Positions 1-8,843 of a stretch of 64,000 nt of DNA are shown here, piece by piece; position 1 is the first letter of the stretch; the number at the start of each line of letters is the position of its first letter. The position numbers and the translations under genes were made by a program. Source of the DNA: an uncultured Pelagibacteraceae bacterium. Its GTDB lineage: Bacteria; Pseudomonadota; Alphaproteobacteria; Pelagibacterales; Pelagibacteraceae. The notes beneath the pieces were generated by a model. The model saw only the letters and a program-made list of their open reading frames with translations. It was not told the origin of the DNA and did no database searches. Location: positions 1,175-65,174 of the forward strand of contig CACDPY010000003.1 of NCBI GenBank assembly GCA_902554765.1. The letters are read 5' to 3'.

Positions 1-666
1 ATGCATGGTGGAGTAGCTAAAGATGAATTAAAAAATGAAAATGTTAATGCTCTTAAAAAAGGTTTAGTAAACTTGGAAAGACATATTAACAACACTCGAA
101 AATTTGGTCTGCCAGTCACTATTGCTGTCAATCACTTTATAACAGATACAGACAAAGAAATGAATACGTTGCTTGATTTTTGTAAAACTCAAGGAGTGAA
201 AGCTTCTAAATGTACTCACTGGTCTAATGGTGGTGAAGGAACTAAAGAATTAGCAAAAAATGTTGCTGAGATATGTGAAGATAAAAAAAATACTTTTAAG
301 TATTTGTATGAAGATGACCTACCATTGTTTAAGAAAATTGAAAAAATTGCACAAGAAATTTATCATGCAAGTGAAGTTGTAGCTGATACAAAGGTTAGAC
401 AACAACTAAAAGATTTTGAGGAAAAAGGTTACGGAAAACTTCCTGTTTGTATTGCAAAGACTCAATATAGCTTCTCAACCGATCCAAATTTAAAAGGTGC
501 TCCTACTGGACATGTTTTACCAGTTAGAGAGGTTAGGTTATCCTCAGGAGCTGAATTTATTGTAGTAGTTTGTGGAGAAATAATGACTATGCCTGGATTA
601 CCAAGAGTTCCGGCAGCTGACTCAATAAAATTAAATAAAAAAGGTGAAATAGAGGGTTTATTTTAA
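1..666 (+). CDS. fhs: Formate--tetrahydrofolate ligase, C-terminal part (5' truncated by window edge)
   Basis: Fhs C-terminal motifs CIAKTQYSFS, GAEFIVVVCGEIMTMPGLP. Confidence 0.95.
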   Translation: MHGGVAKDELKNENVNALKKGLVNLERHINNTRKFGLPVTIAVNHFITDTDKEMNTLLDFCKTQGVKASKCTHWSNGGEGTKELAKNVAEICEDKKNTFKYLYEDDLPLFKKIEKIAQEIYHASEVVADTKVRQQLKDFEEKGYGKLPVCIAKTQYSFSTDPNLKGAPTGHVLPVREVRLSSGAEFIVVVCGEIMTMPGLPRVPAADSIKLNKKGEIEGLF

Positions 667-1445
667 TTTATTTGATTAAGCCAATTTTTTAACTCAGTCA
701 TTCTTTTTTCTTTAGTTGTCATTTGAATTTCATTTTTGATTAAAGATATATGACTTTGAATTTCATTTTCATTTTTAAAAACTTTTCTATTTTCTATCAA
801 TCTATCTTTCCTGAATTCAATTAAATTAATCATTTTTTCATAAGTTATTTCTGGGTGATACTGTAGTCCCCACACATTAGTTTTATTAATTTTAAAAAAT
901 AGACTTTGTATTTTGTTAGTCTTATTCGATGCTAAACATATTGCATTATCAGGTATTTTATATACCTCGTCAAAATTAAATGCCGGTGAATTAAATTTTT
1001 TATCTTTGTTTTTATAGATTGGGTGATTTAATCCATTTTCATTAATGACTATTTCGTTTGCTATTCCTATATTTGAAGATTCTGCTTTTTTAACTTCTCC
1101 TCCAGCAGCAGTTACAGCAACTTGCATACCCCAACAAATAGCTAAGATATTTTTAACTTTTTTTTGACATACCTTCATGAATTCAATCTGTCTTCTGATC
1201 TCAGGAGTATTATTGTAAATATTAAGGCTGCTTCCACCCCAAATTAATCCATCATAAATTGAAAGTTTATCTTTTATTATGTCAAAATTTTCATCAGATG
1301 ATGGATTAACAACATCAAATTTTAATGCATTTGAAAAATAATTAAGGCTATCTTTTAAACTTTCAGTGTGAGTTTCAATTCCTACCTCAGAAAAACTTTC
1401 ATTTTCCTCTCTTAAATTTCCCTCAACAATTAATAATCTTTTCAT
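663..1445 (-). CDS. Class I glutamine amidotransferase-like protein (possible gamma-glutamyl hydrolase)
   Basis: Catalytic triad motifs ICWGMQ and QYHPE. Confidence 0.85.
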   Translation of the reverse strand: MKRLLIVEGNLREENESFSEVGIETHTESLKDSLNYFSNALKFDVVNPSSDENFDIIKDKLSIYDGLIWGGSSLNIYNNTPEIRRQIEFMKVCQKKVKNILAICWGMQVAVTAAGGEVKKAESSNIGIANEIVINENGLNHPIYKNKDKKFNSPAFNFDEVYKIPDNAICLASNKTNKIQSLFFKINKTNVWGLQYHPEITYEKMINLIEFRKDRLIENRKVFKNENEIQSHISLIKNEIQMTTKEKRMTELKNWLNQIN

Positions 1446-2602
1446 TTAAATAATTCTCCAGAAATACTATGCTCATACATTAATTTTAAGTCTTCTCTTG
1501 AAATCTTTTTCGGATTTCCACTTGTTGATGGATCATCAAAAGCCATTATTGATAATTCATCTAAATTCAAATTTGAACAATCCATGACGTCAGATAATCT
1601 ATTAGGTATATTAAGTTTACTTCTAAGATCTAATATCCATTCTAAAAAACTATTAAAACTTTTTTCCAAATCTAAATAATCGCAAATAGAAACTATTTTT
1701 TTTTCAATTGATGTTTTGTTAAACGTTAAGACATAAGGCATAAAAATTGCATTTGATAAACCATGATGAATATCAAATTGTGCATTTACAGGATGGCTTA
1801 ATGAATGAATAGCTCCTAATCCTTTTTGAAATGCTGTTGAACCCATTGACGATGCTGCTAGTAAATTTCTTCTTGCTTCTAAGTTTTTTCCATCATTAAA
1901 AGCTGTTAAAAGTGAATTCTTAATTAATTTCATTCCCTCTAAAGCTATTCCTTCAGCCATTGGGTGAAAACTTGGGGCGCAGAATGCTTCAAGATTATGT
2001 GCCAATGCATCCATTCCTGTTGCTGCGGTTAATCTAGGTGAGAGTTCTAAGGTTAATGATGGATCTAAAATTACAATTGTTGGTAATATTTTTGGGTGAA
2101 ATATGATTTTTTTGGTTCCATTTTCTTTATTAATTATTGCACAAGCCCTTCCTGTTTCTGAACCTGTTCCCGCGGTAGTTGGTATAGCTATTATTGAAGG
2201 TATATTTTTTTCATTTGCTCTTTTCCAATAATCACCAATATCCTCAAAATCCCAAAGAGGTCTACTTTGACCAGACATAAAAGCTATAGCTTTACCAACA
2301 TCAAGAGCACTTCCTCCTCCAATAGCAATGACACCATCACAATTGTTTTTTTTAAATTCATCTACACCTTCCTCAACATTTTCACCAATTGGATTTCCGG
2401 TAAATTTTGAAAAGACAGTCAATTTATCAAATTTTTTTAAATTTTCTGAAATAATATTTTTTATAAAAGGTAAATTAATTAAATTTTTATCGGTAACAAA
2501 CAATGGCCTAATAATACTTAAATTTTTACAAGCTTCACTTATATCGTTAACTCGGTTTTCTCCAACCCAAACAGTCGTTGGGTAATTCCAATTAAATTTC
2601 AT
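1442..2602 (-). CDS. Iron-containing alcohol dehydrogenase
   Basis: GGGSALD, PTTAGTGSE, DALAHNLE, HSLSH/HHG motifs. Confidence 0.92.
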   Translation of the reverse strand: MKFNWNYPTTVWVGENRVNDISEACKNLSIIRPLFVTDKNLINLPFIKNIISENLKKFDKLTVFSKFTGNPIGENVEEGVDEFKKNNCDGVIAIGGGSALDVGKAIAFMSGQSRPLWDFEDIGDYWKRANEKNIPSIIAIPTTAGTGSETGRACAIINKENGTKKIIFHPKILPTIVILDPSLTLELSPRLTAATGMDALAHNLEAFCAPSFHPMAEGIALEGMKLIKNSLLTAFNDGKNLEARRNLLAASSMGSTAFQKGLGAIHSLSHPVNAQFDIHHGLSNAIFMPYVLTFNKTSIEKKIVSICDYLDLEKSFNSFLEWILDLRSKLNIPNRLSDVMDCSNLNLDELSIMAFDDPSTSGNPKKISREDLKLMYEHSISGELFK

Positions 2603-2615
2603 ATAATTTTTTTAA

Positions 2616-3575
2616 TTAATTGATCTTAAGTTTTTTATTTTTTAAAATTGCTTTGAGTAAAAGGATCATCAATGGGATTTTTTTTTTATCAATTTTTCTC
2701 ATTATAAATGGCGCTATTTCTCTCGCTAGCTGCTCTCCTTCCACGGTGTCATTAGGCATAAATCTTTTTTTGGCTAATTTAAAAGTAAAACCTCTTCCTA
2801 AATAACTGCCCATCCTACTATTTCTTCCTCCAGCAGCACTCACATATAAATCCCCCACACCAGCTAGACCTGAAATCGTTTCATCATCACCTTTAAAATA
2901 TTTAATTAGGTATTTCATTTCAAGTATTGATTTTTGAAATAAATTTGATGATGAATTTAAACTTTGACCAGCTCCAATTATCATTGAATAAATATTCTTG
3001 ATAGCTGAACAAACTTCAATCCCTATTACATCTTTAGAATATTCTGTTAAATAATATTTTGTTGAAATTATCTTACCAATAGATTTAGCAATTTTAATAT
3101 TTTTATTGGCTATAACCACACTAGTTTGTTTTTTTCTTGCAAGCTCTTTAGCTAAACAAGGGCCCTTTAATACAGAAATATTAGACACATTATAATTTTT
3201 ATTGAGTTGTTCCGAAATTGTCCAAATTTTTTTATTTTTTTTTTCATATTTTAGTCCTTTTGTTAGGACTAAAATTGGTGATTTTATCTTTAAATTTTTA
3301 AATTGTTTACCAATAAAATCAATACCTGAAAGGCTTAAAGCAATTACAATTAAATCAAAATTTTCTTTCAGTAAATCATTAGAAAATTTTCTAAATTTTA
3401 ATTTTTTTGAAAGATTAATTTTTAAAGCTGAATGAAATTTATTTTTGGATGAAAGATTTCTGATAAATGTTTTACTGTATGGTTCTGTAATTGTGACTTT
3501 GTGATTATTTTCCAAACATGGAATTGCAAATGCAGAACCCATGGCTCCGCCACCAATAATTAAAATTTTTTTCAT
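2616..3575 (-). CDS. gpsA: NAD(P)H-dependent glycerol-3-phosphate dehydrogenase family protein
   Basis: GGGAMG Rossmann motif, LTKG, GPCLAKE, AIKN, GVGDL, GRN, TVEG. Confidence 0.75.
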   Translation of the reverse strand: MKKILIIGGGAMGSAFAIPCLENNHKVTITEPYSKTFIRNLSSKNKFHSALKINLSKKLKFRKFSNDLLKENFDLIVIALSLSGIDFIGKQFKNLKIKSPILVLTKGLKYEKKNKKIWTISEQLNKNYNVSNISVLKGPCLAKELARKKQTSVVIANKNIKIAKSIGKIISTKYYLTEYSKDVIGIEVCSAIKNIYSMIIGAGQSLNSSSNLFQKSILEMKYLIKYFKGDDETISGLAGVGDLYVSAAGGRNSRMGSYLGRGFTFKLAKKRFMPNDTVEGEQLAREIAPFIMRKIDKKKIPLMILLLKAILKNKKLKIN

Positions 3576-3581
3576 TTATTT

Positions 3582-5705
3582 CTAATCTAAACCTAGAAGT
3601 TTTTTTCTTTGATTTGCCCAAGTTCTTATTAAATTATCAACAGCTAATCCAATAAATGCTACGCACAAACCAAGCATCAAGCCGTTACCAGTACCTTGTC
3701 TATCTGATAAGGCCTTTAAAATGTATTGTCCTAAATCTGTAGTTCCAATCATAGCACCAATTATTACCATGAATAACGCAAAAACAACTGTCTGATTTAT
3801 CCCTAACATCATATGAGGAAAAGCAAGTGGTAATTCTATCTTAAGCCATCTTTGCAATCTTGTTACTCCAGACATTGATCCAGCATCATGTAAGGCTGTT
3901 GGAACACTTCTTAATCCTTCAATTGTATACCTTGTTGCTGGTATTGTTGCATAAACAACAACAGCAATTAAGACCGAAGTGTCTGTTACACCAAAAAGCA
4001 TTATGACAGGAATTAAATAAACAAAAGATGGAAAAGTTTGAAGAGTATCACAAACGCCTAAAGTTATCCTAGAGCTAGTTTTATTTTGAGCACTTAATGT
4101 GCCAATTGTTATTCCAAGGATTCCCGAAACTATTACACCAAAAGTTGCCATATACATTGTTATTAATGCTCTATCCCACCACTCGGTTAAAGCTATAAAT
4201 AAAGTAAAGCTTCCAACAACTAATGCAGATCTAATTCCACCAATTATGTAACCTGCTCCCATAAATAAAACAAATGTAGCAACAATTGGCATTCGTAAAA
4301 ATGCATTTTTCATAGGTATTAATACATCAACTATTAACCAAGTATTAAAAATTTTTAGCGTATCAAAAAAATTAGCTAATACCCAATCTACACCTGCATT
4401 CCAAAAAGCTTCTGTAGATATTCCTTTGTTATGTGGGACAATAAAAAAATAATTAAAACCTTCTTTAAATAAAAAAGTTCCTAAAAAAGAAAATAAATAA
4501 CCAATAACAACAATACCTCCAAATATATAAAAATACTTATTTTTTTCAAAATCAGTAGGGTTTTCAAAATAATTTTTTTGTTTGTTCGCCCATGCTAATG
4601 ACAATTTATCTAATAAAACTGCTATCAAAGTAATACATACTCCTGCCTCTAGTGCTAAACCAATTCTTAATTGGTTTAATGCAAGTAACAAATTCCATCC
4701 AAGACCTTTAGCGCCAATAAACGAGGCTATTACAGCCATTGCTAAACACTGCATTATAACTTGGTTAACACCTATTAAGATGTCCCTTCTTGCAGTAGGA
4801 ATTAAAACCTCAGATAACAATTGATAATCTGTACATCCACTCATTTTGCCTGCTTCAATAACTTCAGGGGATACTTTTCTTAAGCCTAATAAAGTTAGTC
4901 TTACCATTGGAGGTGTTGCAAAAATAATTGTTGCTATTGCTCCAGCATGATCACCTATTCCAAATAAAACCATTATTGGAATAAGATAAGAATAATGAGG
5001 CATAGTTTGTGCAACATTTAAAAGAGGGTTTAAAATATTTTCTACTCTTTTACTTCTATATGCCCAAACCCCGAATCCAAGTCCTAAAGCAAAAGATATA
5101 GGAGCTGCTACTAAAACAAATGATAAAGTTTGCATTGACGGTTTCCACTGACCAAAGGCAGAAATAAATATCATTGTTATAGCAGCGAAAATCGCTAAAT
5201 TTTTTCCACTAAGTTTATAACCTAATAAAATTGCTCCTCCTGCAACAATTGTCCAAGGTAAACCTGGTAACTTAGCCCAAGGATTGGCGCTTAAAAAATC
5301 CCAACTTGTGAATGCTACTATTGTATCAACACCACCAATTAAAATTTCACGAATAAACTGAATTAAAAAAAGCATAGAGCTAGAAATTAATCTAGTTATG
5401 TGAAGAACTAATGGTCTAGATTTGGTTTCTTGTATACTCGAGTCAAAGTACTCTATAGGAAACCATTCATTCAATAAAAAATATACTGAGTCATTTATCC
5501 ATCCTGGCATCCAAGCAATAAAAGCCGGTAGTCTCCAAAAAACACTGTACTTAGTTTGATCTAATTTATCTTTATCAATAAACTCAGTTCCAGCTTTTGC
5601 AAACTCATATCCTTCTGGTATTTGAATAGCAAAACATAAACCAAAAAAGACAATTAACAAAAAAGTCCATTGTATAGCTTTTGGATATTTTCTTATTAAA
5701 TCCAT
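3582..5705 (-). CDS. Betaine/TMAO-type ABC transporter permease with two fused ProW-like domains (TmoV-like)
   Basis: Two permease halves (QTMPHYSYLIP / QTFPSFVYLIP; GVNQ / GINQ), many TM helices; adjacent to ProV-like ATPase. Confidence 0.88.
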   Translation of the reverse strand: MDLIRKYPKAIQWTFLLIVFFGLCFAIQIPEGYEFAKAGTEFIDKDKLDQTKYSVFWRLPAFIAWMPGWINDSVYFLLNEWFPIEYFDSSIQETKSRPLVLHITRLISSSMLFLIQFIREILIGGVDTIVAFTSWDFLSANPWAKLPGLPWTIVAGGAILLGYKLSGKNLAIFAAITMIFISAFGQWKPSMQTLSFVLVAAPISFALGLGFGVWAYRSKRVENILNPLLNVAQTMPHYSYLIPIMVLFGIGDHAGAIATIIFATPPMVRLTLLGLRKVSPEVIEAGKMSGCTDYQLLSEVLIPTARRDILIGVNQVIMQCLAMAVIASFIGAKGLGWNLLLALNQLRIGLALEAGVCITLIAVLLDKLSLAWANKQKNYFENPTDFEKNKYFYIFGGIVVIGYLFSFLGTFLFKEGFNYFFIVPHNKGISTEAFWNAGVDWVLANFFDTLKIFNTWLIVDVLIPMKNAFLRMPIVATFVLFMGAGYIIGGIRSALVVGSFTLFIALTEWWDRALITMYMATFGVIVSGILGITIGTLSAQNKTSSRITLGVCDTLQTFPSFVYLIPVIMLFGVTDTSVLIAVVVYATIPATRYTIEGLRSVPTALHDAGSMSGVTRLQRWLKIELPLAFPHMMLGINQTVVFALFMVIIGAMIGTTDLGQYILKALSDRQGTGNGLMLGLCVAFIGLAVDNLIRTWANQRKKLLGLD

Positions 5706-5711
5706 AGTATA

Positions 5712-6749
5712 TTATGATTTTTCTTTTCCTGTTCTAAAAACAGTTTGAATTATTTTTGATGGTTTAACACTTCCAACTATTTTTTTGTTATCATCTAAAA
5801 CATTAACAGCATTTTCTTGGCTCAATATTTTTTCAGCAACTGTCTCAATAATTGCATCTTTAGAGACACTAATTTTATTTACATCTTTATCGTTAATGGT
5901 TTTATCCATTATTGCCTCAATCTTTAATACTTTTTCTCTTGGCACCTCCTCAGTAAATTTTCTTACATATTCAGTTTTGGGATTCAAAACAATATTTGCT
6001 GGAGTGTCTAATTGTTCAATTAAACCATCTTTCATAATAGCTATTCTGTCAGCAAGTCTAAGTGCTTCGTCAAAGTCGTGAGTGATAAAAAGAATAGTTT
6101 TGTTTAAAACTCCCTGTAATCTCAAAAATTCATCTTGCATCTCTTTTCTTATAAGCGGATCTAAAGCAGAAAAAGGTTCATCTAAAAACCAAATATCAGG
6201 CTCAACAGCTAATGATCTAGCTATTCCAACCCTCTGTTGCTGGCCACCTGATAATTCTCTAGGAAAATAGTTTTCTCTTCCTTTTAAACCAACCAATTCA
6301 ACCATCTCCATGGCTTTTTTAATACTTTCATCAGTTTCTCCACCTTTAATCTGGAGAGGAAATGCGATATTTTCTAAAACTGTTTTATGAGGAAGTAATG
6401 CAAAACTTTGAAAAACCATTCCCATTTTGCTTCTTCTTAAATCTATTAACTGCTTATCATTCATAGCCAACAAGTCTTGACCTTCTATGTAAATCTTTCC
6501 ACCAGTTGCATCTGTTAATCTTGAGATACATCTGAGAAGAGTTGATTTACCAGAACCAGATAAACCCATTACAACTAACATCTCGCCTTTTGAAACTTCA
6601 AAAGAAGCATTGTTAACACCCACAATACAACCAGCGTCTTGAAATGTCTTAGCGTCTACATTTCCGTTTGAATTTTGAAGCATTTTTTCAGCGTTAGCTC
6701 CAAATATTTTGTAGACTGAATCACATTTAATTACAGGTGTCGATGTCAT
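5712..6749 (-). CDS. Betaine/TMAO-type ABC transporter ATP-binding protein (ProV/TmoW-like)
   Basis: Walker A GLSGSGKS, LSGGQQQR, DEPFSALDPLIR. Confidence 0.92.
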   Translation of the reverse strand: MTSTPVIKCDSVYKIFGANAEKMLQNSNGNVDAKTFQDAGCIVGVNNASFEVSKGEMLVVMGLSGSGKSTLLRCISRLTDATGGKIYIEGQDLLAMNDKQLIDLRRSKMGMVFQSFALLPHKTVLENIAFPLQIKGGETDESIKKAMEMVELVGLKGRENYFPRELSGGQQQRVGIARSLAVEPDIWFLDEPFSALDPLIRKEMQDEFLRLQGVLNKTILFITHDFDEALRLADRIAIMKDGLIEQLDTPANIVLNPKTEYVRKFTEEVPREKVLKIEAIMDKTINDKDVNKISVSKDAIIETVAEKILSQENAVNVLDDNKKIVGSVKPSKIIQTVFRTGKEKS

Positions 6750-6795
6750 AATTATATTCTATATATTTATACTATTATTATTATCAAATACTCCA

Positions 6796-7320
6796 TTAAA
6801 AATTCTTAATAAAATAAACCCTCGTATCAATACTTGTTTTTAAAAAGCCTAAAGCTTCACCTTTAACAGTAACAGATTTTGAAGAGCCCGATAAAGGTTT
6901 TACTGTAAATTGAGCATAACATTTATTTTTACCCTCATCCCAATTTACAGAGTATTTTCCAGTAGTTCCACCGTTTGCTGTATATAAATCAAATGCATCT
7001 TTGTCAGTAATATTTGCTCCCATAATAGCTCTTTGGGTAATAATTTTTGTGTTAACACAAATCATTTTATATTCATCTGCTGATAATTGTTGACCTTTAT
7101 CTGACTTATAAAATGTCAAGACTCCTCTTGGTAAAGTCGCTATCATTTCATTAGCTTTTTCTTGAACTTTTTTCTGTTCAACAATTTTTAACTCGGCATC
7201 TTTATCTGGTCCGTAAAAAATATTAAGTATTAAAAAAATAAAAAAAATTATTATTGTTAAACTTGTTAATCCTATCAATCCTCTAAGACTTTCTGGAAAT
7301 TGATTTAATCTATTTAACAT
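6796..7320 (-). CDS. Hypothetical membrane-anchored protein
   Basis: N-terminal TM helix; likely start is the ATG at 7320 preceded by AAGGAG (track extends it to 7347). Confidence 0.7.
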   Translation of the reverse strand: MLNRLNQFPESLRGLIGLTSLTIIIFFIFLILNIFYGPDKDAELKIVEQKKVQEKANEMIATLPRGVLTFYKSDKGQQLSADEYKMICVNTKIITQRAIMGANITDKDAFDLYTANGGTTGKYSVNWDEGKNKCYAQFTVKPLSGSSKSVTVKGEALGFLKTSIDTRVYFIKNF

Positions 7321-7687
7321 AATCTCCTTCAATCCATTTACCTTCAATCACTTTTCCATCAGACCATTTAAAAATACCTTTTCCGTGCATTTTATTATTC
7401 TGCCACTCACCTGTATATGAAGATCCATCTGGAAATTTTAAAGTTCCTATACCATGCCATTTACTGTCATTAAATTCACCTTCGTATACATAACCATTAG
7501 GCCAAGACTCAACACCTTTTCCTTTTTTGGAACCATTTTCCCACTGACCAACATAAGTAGTTTTATCGGTATAAGTCCATGTTCCAAAACCATTATTACA
7601 ATTGCCATCAGTGCATCCTGATTTTTTTGCTAAACTTGTGTTAGAAATTATGAGGCCAAAAATGAGATATATAAAAAATTTTTTCAT
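7310..7687 (-). CDS. Secreted MORN-repeat protein
   Basis: Signal peptide, then repeats YxGxWxNxxxxGxG. Confidence 0.85.
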   Translation of the reverse strand: MKKFFIYLIFGLIISNTSLAKKSGCTDGNCNNGFGTWTYTDKTTYVGQWENGSKKGKGVESWPNGYVYEGEFNDSKWHGIGTLKFPDGSSYTGEWQNNKMHGKGIFKWSDGKVIEGKWIEGDYVK

Positions 7688-7713
7688 TTTTTTAAATAAA
7701 TTATATCAAATTT

Positions 7714-7748
7714 AAAAAAAAATCCCCCCTAGTAAAACTAGGGGAGAG
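7714..7748 (-). terminator. Intrinsic terminator after tmoX
   Basis: Stem CCCCTAGT/ACTAGGGG (7726-7744) with A-run 7714-7722 (U-tract on minus strand). Confidence 0.8.
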
Positions 7749-7779
7749 TTCAAATTTAATTATAGTTTAAAGAAAGTGA

Positions 7780-8745
7780 TTACTTAGTCCACTTCTTCCA
7801 AACTTTTTCGTTATCAGCTAACCATTTTTTAGCAGCGTCTTCGTGAGACATTTTATCTTCGTCAACTAAAGCAGCCATTGCTCCAATTTGACTAGTGTTA
7901 AAAGATAACTTTTTGTACATTGCAGCTGCGTTAGGATGAGTTTTTGGGAAATTCTCATTCACGGCTTTTTTCAAATAACCGTCTGGAGCTCCACATTTAC
8001 CATCACCTCCATCAACTGGTCTGCAACCATCATAGTACGGTGGAAAATCGATAAAAGTAAATCCTTTTCCATCAGTAAAGTTTGGTGTCCAGTTAAAGAT
8101 AATAGTTCCTCTTCCTTCAGCTTCAGCTGCTTTAAGTTCTGCCCATAATGCATCAGCACCACCAGCAAACTTAACAGTCCATAAATCACCTAATCCAAGA
8201 GCTTCTATTCTTTGAGGGATTAGATCTCCGTGCCAACTTTGAGGACCTTCTAACATACGTCCTTTTCCACCAGAGTCTGGTGTTGCAAAAGCTTTAGCGC
8301 ATTCTGGACTTTTCAAAGCATTCCAGTCTGGTAGACCTGGACAATATTTAGCTGCCCAATCAGGATAACCCATATCCTCAATTGTTCTTGCTTCATGATC
8401 ACCCCAATCTAATACACCACCTTTTTCTCTAGCAGTATCAAAAGATTTACCAAAAGCTGACTCCCATACTTCGTGAGCTAATGTTACGTCGCCAATTCTA
8501 ATTGACTCGTAAACAGCTTGTGAATCTGCTGGTACATATTTTACGTTGTTCCCCATAGATTCAAAAATTCCACCAATAACATGGGCCATTACCACTTGGC
8601 TTGACCAGTTATGAGTTGCAATTACTATAGGCTCAGCACTATCTCCGCCTGATTTTTTTGCTGATTTGTCTCCTCCGCCCATGAAGTAAACAAGACCCGC
8701 AATAACAACAATCGCACCGATTAATAACGGTAGTTTGTTTTTCAT
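7780..8745 (-). CDS. tmoX: TMAO ABC transporter substrate-binding protein (OpuAC/ProX family)
   Basis: PIVIxxHNWSSQ, DSQAVYESIRIGDV, EVWE motifs recalled from TmoX; divergent from tdm. Confidence 0.85.
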   Translation of the reverse strand: MKNKLPLLIGAIVVIAGLVYFMGGGDKSAKKSGGDSAEPIVIATHNWSSQVVMAHVIGGIFESMGNNVKYVPADSQAVYESIRIGDVTLAHEVWESAFGKSFDTAREKGGVLDWGDHEARTIEDMGYPDWAAKYCPGLPDWNALKSPECAKAFATPDSGGKGRMLEGPQSWHGDLIPQRIEALGLGDLWTVKFAGGADALWAELKAAEAEGRGTIIFNWTPNFTDGKGFTFIDFPPYYDGCRPVDGGDGKCGAPDGYLKKAVNENFPKTHPNAAAMYKKLSFNTSQIGAMAALVDEDKMSHEDAAKKWLADNEKVWKKWTK

Positions 8746-8774
8746 TATTCCTCCTAGTACTAGTTAATCTTATT

Positions 8775-8803
8775 AGTATGTGCTTTACTTATGGGATAGT
8801 CAA
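8775..8803 (-). promoter_or_regulatory. Sigma70-type promoter of tmoX
   Basis: Minus strand TTGACT-17 nt-CATACT, upstream of AGGAGG RBS. Confidence 0.6.
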
Positions 8804-8843
8804 CACATAGATATTTATATAATATAAAAATAAATTTTAAAAA

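Noticed and set aside
7310-7687. Apparent tandem repeats
   Set aside because: Protein-level MORN repeats, not a DNA repeat array
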